Below, piece after piece: positions 13,186 to 25,201 of a stretch of 64,000 nucleotides of DNA. The first letter of the stretch is position 1. Every line of letters starts with the position of its first letter. Source of the DNA: Azolla caroliniana (lineage: Eukaryota > Plantae > Polypodiophyta); assembly GCA_043228905.1 (NCBI GenBank), contig JBHGNT010000001.1, forward strand, positions 310,001-374,000, given 5' to 3'. A model generated the notes under the pieces. That model did no database searches, was not told where the DNA came from, and worked only from the letters and a program-made list of their open reading frames with translations. Position numbers and translations under genes: made by a program.

Positions 13186-14964
13186 CCAGAGAGAACTTAA
13201 TCTATGCCAATATATATATATTACACATAGGAACCAATACACCATTAACATTCTTGGAAACCACCAATATGCATGCCATCACGGAGCAAAATGTCCTTCA
13301 AGCTACAAGAGCAAGACTCAGCTTGCACGTTATGCCAAATTTCAAACAGCACAACAAAACAAGCTAGAAACAAATGGCATTCGTTTAGATAGATAGCCCC
13401 TGATTGGACCTCAACGGCTGATCCGTGCTCGTTCAATACAGAATGGAGAAGTACAAGAGTTAAATCATACTGGTTTACCACATGACTGACAAGCACAAGC
13501 ATGTCCTTAGAGAAGGTTTTCTTATGAGTCAGAAAATCCCAAAATCTAGATGTGCTTTTCCGCACCAGCACCATTTAGGCCGTAATTTGAGTTCACAAAC
13601 TGCCAACCTTTTGGAGCTCATTGGTGACTGAATCCATCACAACCCTTAAAATTATGATCACTGCTAGATTAATGTACCTTTTGGTAGTACATTGATTCTT
13701 TTCTTATTCCGTTGTTTTTATTTTTTAGTTTGGGAGACTACCACAATGAAGAGCGGTCACGCAAACTCTTTATGATGCCTCAGCGGACCAGTTTCAACAA
13801 AGACTGTTTTTTGTAATTCTTTTCCTTCAAAGTTCAAATAAAAGAGCGGCCATTCACCCCCTTCTATAATTCTAGAGACTTTATGATGAGTCAGTGGATC
13901 ACTTCCACCAAAGTCTGCTTTTTGTATTCATTTTCCTTCAAAGAAGATTGTCATTTAGTAGCTTGCATACACTAATCTCGTACTTCAAGCATGTAATATT
14001 ACACCATCAAAACGTATCTTTGATAGAATGCGTCAATCAGAAATATGGCAACATTGTTTATTCACATAATATTTGACCAAACACTTGCATTGCCAAGTGG
14101 AAATTTACAGTTGAATTAATGAATGTAGGAGTGAAAATACTCTTGATATGTAAACAATTGTTTATAATTGTTTATGTGACTTGGGCTCCAAACTACCGTC
14201 ATTATTCATTAAAATTTTTAAATACGAATTCAGAATTGAAATGTTTTTTGCAGTGTTATGTTTATGTTAGAAATATCCCTAGAATATATACGTATTTTAT
14301 CTATACACTTGAAATGCTGTTGTTGTATAATGTATATGTAAGAAATCCGCCTGAAAGATACGCATATTAATCCGCATTCATTGATTTCTGTTTGTTCCTG
14401 AAATTTAGGAGGGGCTTTCTATGGAACCGGATCATCTTGCTGCTGCTATTCATCGTTCTGGCCGCATTACCCAATAGGGGCACTACATTACGCCAACAGG
14501 AGTTGTCAATGCAGCCATTGTGACCATGGATTCAACAATTGAAGAGGGAGCTAGCTGATTGTCGAAACCTCCACTTTCTCGTCTTCAACGTCAAATAATT
14601 TATTCATCGACTTCTCAAATACACCAAAAATACCATTTTAAGCTTACCGGTTAGTGATTGATGAAAGTGGTGTTGTATATTTCGATATTTGAACACAGGC
14701 GTATGAAATTTGGGGATTTCGAGCAAATGTGTATTATAATTTGTAACCAAAAACGTTTGAAGAGACTACATTTCCTTTCACCCACAAGAGTACATCGTCA
14801 TAAAGTCAATTCCCTTCCCTGTCTCTAACGTTACTTCACCATGGATAATTAATTACTGTATTTCGTCATAGACAATTAATAAATCAGAAATTATATGTCC
14901 TGCTTCAAACAAAACCTTGAAGTCAAGCTATGACAGCCTCTATGACCAATAACAAGAATTCGTC

Positions 14965-15300
14965 AGATAACCATACAACCGAGAAAGAGATCCAAAAACT
15001 TTAAGTTCGGAAGTTTTAAGAAATAGACAAAAATCCGACAAAACTAACTGATATGGAAAAAACAAGGCAGTGGGGAAACATTACCAAAGATAGGCCGAAA
15101 ACCCCCAAAAAATACGAAACGCAGAGTTTCTACACAAGAGATGAGATAACCATACAACCGAGAAAGAGATCCAAAAAATTTATGGTCGGAAGTTTTTATC
15201 AACAGACAAAATTCCAACAAACCTAACTGCATATATGCAAAAAACAAGGCAGTGGGAAAACATTTACCAAAAACAAGCCGAAAACCCCCAAAAAATACGA
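14965..15300. repeat. ~179-bp imperfect direct tandem duplication
   Basis: AGATAACCATACAACCGAGAAAGAGATCCAAAAA...AAAACAAGGCAGTGGG...CCCCAAAAAATACGA starts at 14965 and again at 15144. Confidence 0.85.
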
Positions 15301-16134
15301 TATACAGAGTTGCATACAGTCCACAGATCTCCTTGAATTCTCATGATTTCCAGAGGAAATCTTGGACAGATACATAAACACACACATACGAAAACATAAT
15401 CTTGGCGTGATGGTGCTCAGAAAAGAATGGATGTTTTTATTTTTCTTCATGAACATCTCAGATTAACGAGATTGAAACTATTTTTGTCATCACCGCACCA
15501 TGTTATCAAAGACACTGCACAGGACGGCCTCTGCACATCATTATTTATACAAAATATAGACACTCCATAAACCCTAAATGTCTCTAGATTTTAGATAATT
15601 ACGGGAATACCCTTTTGACATTTCAAAGATCATCATAAATTTTGTATATTTACACGAATGCCCCTAGGTTCTTAAATACCGTGAAAATTAGATGACCAAC
15701 TGCTATGAAAATATCAGAGAATACCTCAGATTCAAGGTTTACGAGAATACTTAACCTTGAGTTCTAAAAAAGACCACCAACCATTCTGAAGATTTGCCAG
15801 AATATCATGAGTGGTCGGAGATCATCAAACATTATAGATATTTACAACTATAACCCAATGTTCTTAAAGATCAACTAAGGTTTTGGGTATTTAGAAGAAT
15901 ACTTTCCAAAGCCTTCAAAGAGAGCCACATGTTCTAGATGTCTACCAAAATACCCATAAGTTTAAAATACAAACAAGTTACAAAATTCCTTTTGGTATAC
16001 CATTACAACTACCACGAATTGAGTAATCTAGTAGTTTCTCATAACTTATGAAGGAATTGTTTTGGTAAGTATCTAATGTTTGTCCTATTTGTTGTTTATC
16101 CCAATGGCGGCACAAATTATAAACTATTGCTCAT

Positions 16135-16796
16135 AAGGCTTGACATGGTGCTATGTGATAGCACATGGTTCTAAAATGCAACAAATTGATTTTCCTATTA
16201 TTTGATGTTGCAAATCACGAAAACTTAAACAATGAACAACTGTTCATAGTACGTCACATTACTTTTTACAATCAATGTAGCTTAGCAACTAACCATCTTA
16301 ACTTTGCAAGGATAGGATTCAAATTATTGAAGGTTAATTAATAATGCTCCTTTGTTACAACCATCCTCTCGATAATAACATTGATTAACTATATGAATTT
16401 ATTAAATCTTTTCAAAAAATATTAATTTGCAGCATTCCAGAAGTTGGGTGAGCTGGAGTGAAATTTTGAGAATTACAGTAAACCAGATCGATAGTTCATT
16501 TATACTGTGTGCATGTGTGTGGGTTTAGGGTTTGAACAAAGCAAGCTTGACATTTTGTTTTAAAAAATTGATGCTCGACACAATGTTCCTAAACATATGA
16601 TTTCCCCCTCCCCCCATTATGTTATTTTCTTTCATGTGTACAAGGGCTTAGCAACAAATGATGTACCCATTAGGGTACAACCTCAAGTGGGTTTAGGATA
16701 GGCTTTTTATCAGCATGACGATTACATTTTCCTGTGTGATAAAAGTAACCTTGGGCATTAGCATGTGCTACATCACATAGCACCATGTCAAGCCTT
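16135..16796. mobile_element. Probable old non-autonomous DNA transposon defined by ~33-bp inverted termini
   Basis: AAGGCTTGACATGGTGCTATGTGATAGCACATG (16135-16167) versus its reverse complement with a 2-bp indel at 16762-16796. No TSD recognised. Confidence 0.5.
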
Positions 16797-16982
16797 TTCT
16801 CCTGTGCAAGATTTACTTCATTTTGCTCATTTTCAAGCCATCCAATTTCAATATATGTCGTTTCAGACATCCACTTTTGAGATCATTTGAAGCATTGAGT
16901 ATAGTTGCAAAATGTTTAAAGAAAATATGAAGATAAGATTCTAAACCTTTTATCTACTTGAACAGATATAGTAAACATTCCC

Positions 16983-19748
16983 CTAGTTGTTTAGTTCCAC
17001 AGTATGACTTATCAGAGTACCGTGAAACATATCATCCCAATACTCACATCCTCGACCCAAGAATGTCATCCAAGAGACAAAACTGGGCTGAAATGGTATG
17101 TTCACTAATAACTGATTTAACACATCCAATCGCCCTGTCCTTCTAAGCAAATCAAATATGCAATTGTAGTGATCAAGGTTGGCCATAATCTCTTCACAAA
17201 CCCTCATATGCTTCATAAGATAGCATGCCTCATTTATAAGGCCATCATGGCTACAAGCTGAAAGAAGACCCACCAATGTAACAGAATCAAGCATTAATCC
17301 TTGAATGTGCATTATTCCTATCAATTGAAGAGCTGAATGCCCTTGGCCATGTTGGCCGAACACAGTGATCATAGCATTGCAAGAGGCTGATGTTTGGGTC
17401 AAAATACTATTGAAGGCCTTAACTGCATTACAAAGATCTCCAGCTCGCCCAAACAAGCTTACTAGAGCAGTTCCCATTATGATTTCTGATTCAAACCCAC
17501 TTCCGATAATGTGTACACAAAGTGCAAGATAATCGCCTCTTATTTCTTCATATATCCATCCAGACAGCAAGCTAACAAGAGTTTCGGAATTTGCCATCAG
17601 TCCCTCGAGTTTCATTTGGATGAAAAGACGTAAGGCATGGTTTGTTTGGCCATGTTGGACATATGCTGAAATGATAGAAGTCCATAGAACTACATCTTTC
17701 TTTAGGGTCATTTCGAACATCTTTCTCGCCTCTGGCAAGGCACCACATTTGCTATACATATCAATGAGAGCATTTCTCATCTCAATGTCATCCTCAAGCT
17801 CAATATTTATCATGATAAGAGTGTGTATGCATTTACCACCTATTTCTCTACCCAGTCTTGCACAAGCTGAAAGAGAAGTTAGCAACACCACCTTGTCGGC
17901 AACAAACCCTTGCTTCTGCATCTCAGCAAAGTGACACAGAGCCTCCATCTCATATCCATACTCATTATTTGACGAGATTAAGATGCTCCATGAAACATTG
18001 TCATGTTTTGGTGCAATTTCAAATACTCGACATGTTTCAAGGAAGCAACCACACCTACTGTACATACTCATAATAGCATTGACTAATCCAATACTATCAC
18101 ATATACAACCACAATCGACTAAACATCCGTGGATAATTCTTCCCATCATGAGAGTTTTAGGTTGGATGCATGCTGAAAGAGCATTAATGAATGTTATCTT
18201 ATCCCAGTGCAACATATTACTCAAAATTTCCAATACTTGCCCAAATAACCCACACTTACCATACATGCTAAGTAATGCATTCTCTAACGAGATATCACAT
18301 TCCGAGGGATTGCCAATTATGGAAGCATGAACTCTTTTCCCATCAAGAATCGATTTGATCCTGACCATAGAGATCACTGTAACATAAGTAACTCTATCAG
18401 GAAAGAACCCTTCTTGCATCATTTGAGCTAAGAGATGGTTCGTATGCACATGATTACCTTCCAAATAGGCACATGCCACTATCATAGCATTCCACGTACA
18501 AACATTAGACTCTATCATTCGATCAAAAACCTTACTTGATTTCTCAAATTTCCAACATCGTCCGTACATCGTGATAAGAGCTGTCTCTAGAACCACATCA
18601 AGTTCTAATGTCTCATTTACTATGTAAACATGCAATTGCTCAGCTTTCTCAATGACCTCTTTACCAAAAAGTGACGAGATTATGCTTACATAAGTGATCT
18701 TGTTAATTCTAAATCCACTATTTTGCATGAAATGGAACAATTTAAGGCATGACTTGGTGTCTCTATACATCATATATGCATTAATCATAGTAGTGTAAGA
18801 GATCTCATTCTTGAAATCCATGGATTGAAACATTTTTTCCACGTCTTCTTCATGTCCACATTTCATATACATTCTGAGAAGAGCATTTCCTACTGCAACA
18901 TCTTCTTCATAGCCACTACAAGAGGGAACCATGGTATGAATATACTTTCCCATGACAAGATTACGATATGATAAAGAATTTTCCGTTTCTGAGCATGAAG
19001 ACAACATAGTGGTAAAGCTGAATTGGTCCCATAGCAGGCTTTCTTCTTTCATTCTATGCAAGAGAAACAAAGCTTCTTTGTGCTGCTTCCGCTGTGCATA
19101 ACCAGAAGCTATGGTGGTCCAAGATACTAAATCTTTGTGAATAATTCGATCAAACACAGACCTAGAAAGGTCCAAATCTTCATTCTTAGCATAAAGATTG
19201 ATAAGACTGTTGCAGATGAACAGATCTGACTCAAGGTCTGCGTGGAAGCTTATGATTAACGACGCGTGAGTCTGCTTGGCTTTATCAATAGGACCATCAC
19301 GGCTAGTGTGAGAGCAACCTCGAAAAAAGGTAGCGACGGATGTGGAATCAGGGAGAAAACCTTCACACTTCATCTGATCGAACAGGAAGAAAGCTCGTTC
19401 TTCTTCTGCTTCTTCATCCAGATTCTGATGAGTCGAGATTTTTATGTTTCTTCGTCTGTCATTTATTATGTGTCCCGAGCTTCCATGGCGACCTTGGCAA
19501 AAAGAAGCTCTCATCATGAAGGTCCATGAGAAAGAGTCGCGAGAGGGCATGGAAGAGAAGACAGAGAAAGCATCCGGTGCGGAACCATGGCTTCCATACA
19601 TTTTGATGAGAAGGTTTAGGAGGAAGACTGTGTGTGTTTCTGCCGCAGGAGATGGCGATGAACAGAATAATAATGAAGAGAGGATATGGTGGTGATGAGC
19701 AAGCCGTCCTTCTCTCAGAGACTTGCAGGTCTGCAGCAGGGAAGCCAT
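16983..19748 (-). CDS. PLS-class pentatricopeptide repeat protein, 921 aa, truncated E domain, no DYW
   Basis: Intronless ORF with repeated PPR motifs (NALIDMYSKCGALPEARKMF, DVVLWTSIISAYVQHG, TLVGLLSACSHDGL, DHYNCIFDLLRRTGRL) ending shortly after PFQPSFVSWMTFLG. Confidence 0.95.
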   Translation of the reverse strand: MASLLQTCKSLREGRLAHHHHILSSLLFCSSPSPAAETHTVFLLNLLIKMYGSHGSAPDAFSVFSSMPSRDSFSWTFMMRASFCQGRHGSSGHIINDRRRNIKISTHQNLDEEAEEERAFFLFDQMKCEGFLPDSTSVATFFRGCSHTSRDGPIDKAKQTHASLIISFHADLESDLFICNSLINLYAKNEDLDLSRSVFDRIIHKDLVSWTTIASGYAQRKQHKEALFLLHRMKEESLLWDQFSFTTMLSSCSETENSLSYRNLVMGKYIHTMVPSCSGYEEDVAVGNALLRMYMKCGHEEDVEKMFQSMDFKNEISYTTMINAYMMYRDTKSCLKLFHFMQNSGFRINKITYVSIISSLFGKEVIEKAEQLHVYIVNETLELDVVLETALITMYGRCWKFEKSSKVFDRMIESNVCTWNAMIVACAYLEGNHVHTNHLLAQMMQEGFFPDRVTYVTVISMVRIKSILDGKRVHASIIGNPSECDISLENALLSMYGKCGLFGQVLEILSNMLHWDKITFINALSACIQPKTLMMGRIIHGCLVDCGCICDSIGLVNAIMSMYSRCGCFLETCRVFEIAPKHDNVSWSILISSNNEYGYEMEALCHFAEMQKQGFVADKVVLLTSLSACARLGREIGGKCIHTLIMINIELEDDIEMRNALIDMYSKCGALPEARKMFEMTLKKDVVLWTSIISAYVQHGQTNHALRLFIQMKLEGLMANSETLVSLLSGWIYEEIRGDYLALCVHIIGSGFESEIIMGTALVSLFGRAGDLCNAVKAFNSILTQTSASCNAMITVFGQHGQGHSALQLIGIMHIQGLMLDSVTLVGLLSACSHDGLINEACYLMKHMRVCEEIMANLDHYNCIFDLLRRTGRLDVLNQLLVNIPFQPSFVSWMTFLGRGCEYWDDMFHGTLISHTVELNN

Positions 19749-19865
19749 GGGTTGCCATCATGGCCTCGCTACCGCTACTGGTAGTGGTAACTGCAGCACA
19801 GCACAGCACAGCACAGCACGCTACACCTCCAGGCTCCTCCTTCCTTTCGTAATGCTTTACAAATT

Positions 19866-20121
19866 ACATACACATACATATACATATTATTATTAAGCAT
19901 TACATACATACAGGCTCAGCTAGATCTACTACATATGTACATACATATGTACATATGTATAATGAATGATATATGTATGTACATATCTGTACATATGTCC
20001 ATGTCCATGCATTCATACATACGATGCAATATACATGTATGTATGTATGTATGTATGTATGTATGTATGTATGTATGTACATATAGACATGCTTTGACTC
20101 ATATACTGTATGCATATACAT
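19866..20121. repeat. (ATGT/ACAT)n microsatellite and low-complexity tract upstream of the PPR gene
   Basis: Perfect (ATGT)n at ~20035-20078 inside a TA/CA-rich region. Confidence 0.85.
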
Positions 20122-21725
20122 ATTAGAACTTCGTAGCCAATAATCTCCTTGGAAATCTATGCAGCTCATCTCATCATTCCCAAACTCAACAACTACACTC
20201 CTCCTTATTCACATTCATGTCAACACTCCCTCCACCCACCCGCGTTTACACTTACGGAAAGGAAAGAACGAATGAAGGAGGGCTTCATTGTTACATGACA
20301 TGTTGATATTGATATTCGATGGAGATTGTGACACATGTTCGACAACCTACAAGCTTGCATACTAGGACCGACTGACCAATGCAACTTTTCACATGTAGTT
20401 ATCCGGTCCGAATCATTGTGATGGCACACACTCAGGGTGTAGTTGTGCAACACCTATGAAAGAAATGGAGCAACTTCCAAGATCTAATTCATATGAACAT
20501 TGTACAATCTTTGGATTTCAAGCTTGTAGAGATTGTAGCACATGTTCTAGACACCCACATTATTTTCTATTCAATCTTTGGAGACATGGCCAAATAGCTA
20601 CACTACATTCCATACAAATTTGATCAAAACAATTGAATATATATATATATAACAATGTCCATAGATTTTGTCTCACGAATGGACTTAGGAATCAATCGAA
20701 AAATGAAAGGATTCATGAACCCATACCATTTCTTTCCTTAGTGATGTACTACTTAATAATAATAAATGCGGTTTCCATGTATCTATCAGCCAAAATCAAA
20801 TTCCAATTCTAAATTATTGAGTAGTTAGGTGGCTTTTCTTTCCATTTTGTGATGATATGCACAAGGGAAAACACACCGATTGTGAAAAGCTTCCATCATT
20901 GTGGAAGGTCAAGAACTTCACCAAACATCTATACTTAAAGAGCTTTCAAATTAATGATTCTCAATTAAGTTGGAGCACCCCCCCTCCCCTCCCCCCCCCC
21001 CAGAAAAAAAACAAGAAACAAAAAAAATTATGATGTAAAACAAGGTATATAGGATGATTATGCCAATTATGGGAAAACCTTGTTTTTTCTTTTTCTTTTT
21101 ATTTCCGGCAACCCAACTGCTAATGACCGTTAGATTCCCAAGCCGAGGGAATCTTCTCTAAAAACACATCCTCCTTCCGTAGAGATTCATTCATTTAGGA
21201 TTCGGTATTTCTCCTGCCTCTGCGTTGTTTATTTGGTCTCTTATATTGTGTCCATCACGTGAATATTGGCTTCACCATGGCTAGGGATCATCATCATCAT
21301 CGGTGGTGGTGGTAGTGGTGAACAGTTCTATTACCTTCCTTGCTTCCTAAACACATCATGTAGCCTCGCCTCCTCTGCGGCAGCAAAATTTTCTATATCC
21401 ACTACTACAAGTAGTTCATCGGTATTACACACTCTCCTCCTCCTCATCATATTATTATTATTATTACTTCACCCTAATCCTCAATCCGTCGGAGTATATA
21501 TGAAGAACTTGATTGTTGGTTGGTTTAACACACATGCTTTTTATGATCGTCTTACAGGATTGATTCGCTGGTTTGACAAGGTGATCAAAATCAGAATGGT
21601 TCAACTAGGCACCTTACTGTGTGAGGTCTAGTTACAACCGTGTTGAAATTATAAAGGATATGTGACTTAGGAAGAAACAAATCAAAGATGCCGAGGTCAT
21701 CGCTCCCCATCTCTTGATTTTCAAC

Positions 21726-24294
21726 ATGATCAGTTCATTTGGAGAGAAATCATGCAACTATGGTAACATGTGTTTCCAACAATGGACTCGAGGAATTTCT
21801 CACTGGTGGGTGGGGATCGATTGGCGGAAGGTCTTTCACTCTATCAAAGGAGGCCTTGTCTTAGGCCTGGTTTCTTGTGTTTTACTCTCCAAGGATGTTT
21901 ATAATGCTTTGGGGAAGAATGTGATATGGGCAATTCTTACAGTGGTGGTGGTGTTTGAGTGTACCGTAGGTAGGTATTTGCTTATATATTTGGGAAAACA
22001 TAAAAAATTACCCCGCTGTGAACATTGTCAGATGTTTACTAGAATATCATTTTGTAGCACAAATGTGTACTTGGAAAATTTTGGAAACCTAGGGATATTT
22101 TAGTCGATTCCCAGCTGGTAATATCCCTTGTTTCTCAAAGATTACAAGGATACGCCTTTGTAGGCAAGTATTCTAGTATTTTTCAAGGACTTAGGAGTAA
22201 TTCTAGTATATACCCAACAATCTACCCTGGATACTAATTGATCCTTTGTCTCTTATGTTTTCCGTCTTCCATACATCTGAGAAGTGTTCTAACATTTATC
22301 ATTGGGATGATAAAACTCTAGGTGCAACATTAATGAAAGGTTTGAATCGAGGTCTAGGCACAATTTTCGCTGCATTTGTGGGTCTCGTGTTCGACAATTT
22401 TGCAAACAAGGTCTCAACAGCAATAGAGCCTTATATTGTGGGTTCTGCCGTCTTCATCATCGGTAATCTCTACAAATATATAACTATAGCATAGTTTATA
22501 TGGCTACTGTGTTTATAAAAAGTAAGTGTAATGATGGTTTGGGTGGTATGACATGATAATCTTGAATATAGTTGTAATGGGTGGTGTTCTATGATCAACT
22601 TGAGAACAATTATGAAGAGGACATAAAATTCTATACTAAACTTTTCTTCAGGATTCCTAACTACCTATCTTCGGTCTATTCCGTGGATCAAAGCAAAGTA
22701 TGACTATGGTATGGTGATGTTCTCACTGACATTCAGCCTCGTGGTGGTGGCGGGTTATCGCTCTCCGAGCACAGTAGATCTCGTTTTAGATCGAATACTT
22801 ACCGTTTTGATCGGATGTCTAGCATGTGTCGTAGTTAATGTATTAATATATCCTATTTGGGCTGGCGAGGATCTCCACAACCTAATTGTCAACAACTTTG
22901 AGGATCTAGCTGTAGCCATAGAAGGTCAGCAGTTTAAATGCGTTAATGAGCTAATTCCATAATGCTTGTTATAGGTTACAAAATCTTTTTTACAAGGAGG
23001 AATGTATTCACTCTCTGAGACAAAACATTGTGCATAATGAGATTATCGGTTTTCTTGCTTGTCATTGGCATGTAATTGTCAATAGAAAGAAGTTATGTTT
23101 CTATGAATAGACACATTTTGTTCATTCGCGTTAAAGCGCCAAAGTAAATTTTCACATAGAATGTACGAAGCAATATTTCTTCGGCACAGAAAGTGATATG
23201 GCAGCTGCGAGGAGGACCTCGAAGATCCTGAAAGGTGAACCTTTCAACGATCCAATCTATAAAGGGTATAAGGCTGTTATGATTTCCAAGCAAATGGAAG
23301 AGACACTCGTAAGTAAGCATTCTCTCTCTCTCTCTCTCTCTCTCGGACATTAAAAAGATACCCGGTCTAACTGGATTGCAATGATTGTTGAACATTGATC
23401 AGTTTTTGAACCCATACATCTTGGTGGGATTCCCTGGCCATTGTTTCATGGTCTTTGTTTCTCTCTTATCGAATCTATTGATGGTTTTGCTTTAAAGTGT
23501 AGGCTAACTTTGCTCGTTGGGAACCGTGGCATGGACGGTTTGGTTTTTGGTACCCATGGAATCTATGCTTACAGATCGGCGCAATCCTCCGGCATTGCTC
23601 CTATAGTGTTTGTGCTTTGCATGGGTGCATCCTATCGGAGACACAAGTAAGAAATTTGTTGTGTGTCTGAATTTTTAACTACTACATTGTATGTGTTGAG
23701 AATGTTTGAATCAAATTTAGCTTAACATCTAAAATACAGGCACCCGAAGCATTACGTCAAATAGTCGCACACCCGTGCATGAGGATTAGCTCCGAAGCCT
23801 CAAAGGCACTTAGAGAGATGGCTGATAGCATCAAATTTTGCCGAAAAACTCACCGTTCCAAAGAAGCTATATCCAAAACTCTGAACAGTGCTGTAAACCA
23901 ATTGCATATCTCGCTCGATTACTATTATAAATGCTTGCAATCATATGATGTTAGCGATTCATGTACAAAAGCAGAAGTGAATCCGTCAATGCTACCACCA
24001 TATGATTCACCTTATAATCCAGATTCACCTTATCCATCATCGGCAATAGAGGAGCATGTTTGCTCTCACAAGTGTAAACAATTAACTGAATCTCTCTCAA
24101 TTGCAACGGTAGTAACATTGCTCATTGAGATCATTTCATGCTTTGATCCTCTTTTAAAGGCAGTCGGGGAGCTTGAAGAAAAAGGCTGTTTCAAGAATCC
24201 AGAGGATTCCAAAGTAAAGCAACCAAGTTTGAAACGGTATAAAACGGACAAGCTTATGATGCAACATGCTTCATCTCATATTCACCCATTCTAA
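21726..24294 (+). CDS. ALMT: Aluminium-activated malate transporter (ALMT) family anion channel
   Basis: Motifs DWRKVFHSIKGGL, WAILTVVVVFE, GATLMKGLNRGLGT, KAKYDYG, PIWAGEDLH, DPIYKGY and FARWEP. Exons: ~21726-21969, 22322-22462, 22652-22924, 23160-23308, 23503-23646, 23740-24294, all GT-AG and in phase. The start codon is uncertain because a possible acceptor lies at 21670. Confidence 0.92.
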
Positions 24295-24994
24295 GAGAGT
24301 TGATTCCACGTTTGCAACTCTTGAATTCAACCATATTTGTATTTATTGACAATTGTATCATATAACTGTTTGAGCTTCTTTGAGAATTACTCATAAGATT
24401 TTGTAGTGCAATTTTATGTAGATCTTAGTATGTCAAATTTAATTAATTCTTCAACTATTCACCAAATGTACCCTTGCTTTTTCATGGTCCATTGCAAGTT
24501 TGGTTGAGCTAATGCTCAAGTCATTGTTCTCTATTGATGAGCAAATCTACTCATGTATTTGAATGCATACATAAATATGCAATGCTATACTTTGAGCATT
24601 AAACAACTAGTGCTTCTATGTGTCCATAGAAGGAGATATCTCTTCTATTAGTATTGAAATCAATGCTTTGTGTTTGAATTTGATATTGTCATGAAGAATT
24701 TGCTCGTTTGCAACACTTGATCGTGTGCTTGTTGAAGTTTTAATGATCTAATTATCATTATTTAGATTAGACAAGGGCGAGACTCACATTTTGATGGTCA
24801 TCTATCAAACTACAAAGCTGTTAGGATGTGTATATTGGAACAATATTTTTGGAATATAATGCCAATATTGGTGGTCATGTCATTCTTTGAATTCTTGGCG
24901 GAGACTCGAGAGATGGAAATGAAAATCTAGGATTGTATTGTTAATGTTTGAATTTCAAGGAAGCTTTTGATATGATTCCCTAACACGATCTTTG

Positions 24995-25166
24995 TGTCGA
25001 ATACATGTGTATAATGGACGTATTCACACTATCCCGTTTTGGCCATTTATGTAATTAGCATAAAGGGTAGTTGCCCTAAGTTGGTCACTATATATAGTGA
25101 CCTTGTAACCTCTTTGTGAGGTTGGTTGTTGTATTCTAGTTTATGCAATAGAAAGACTCTTTTGTG

Positions 25167-25201
<35 letters not shown>

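Noticed and set aside
19900-20169. ORFs with YIHT/CMYV repeats
   Set aside because: Translations of the (ATGT)n microsatellite.
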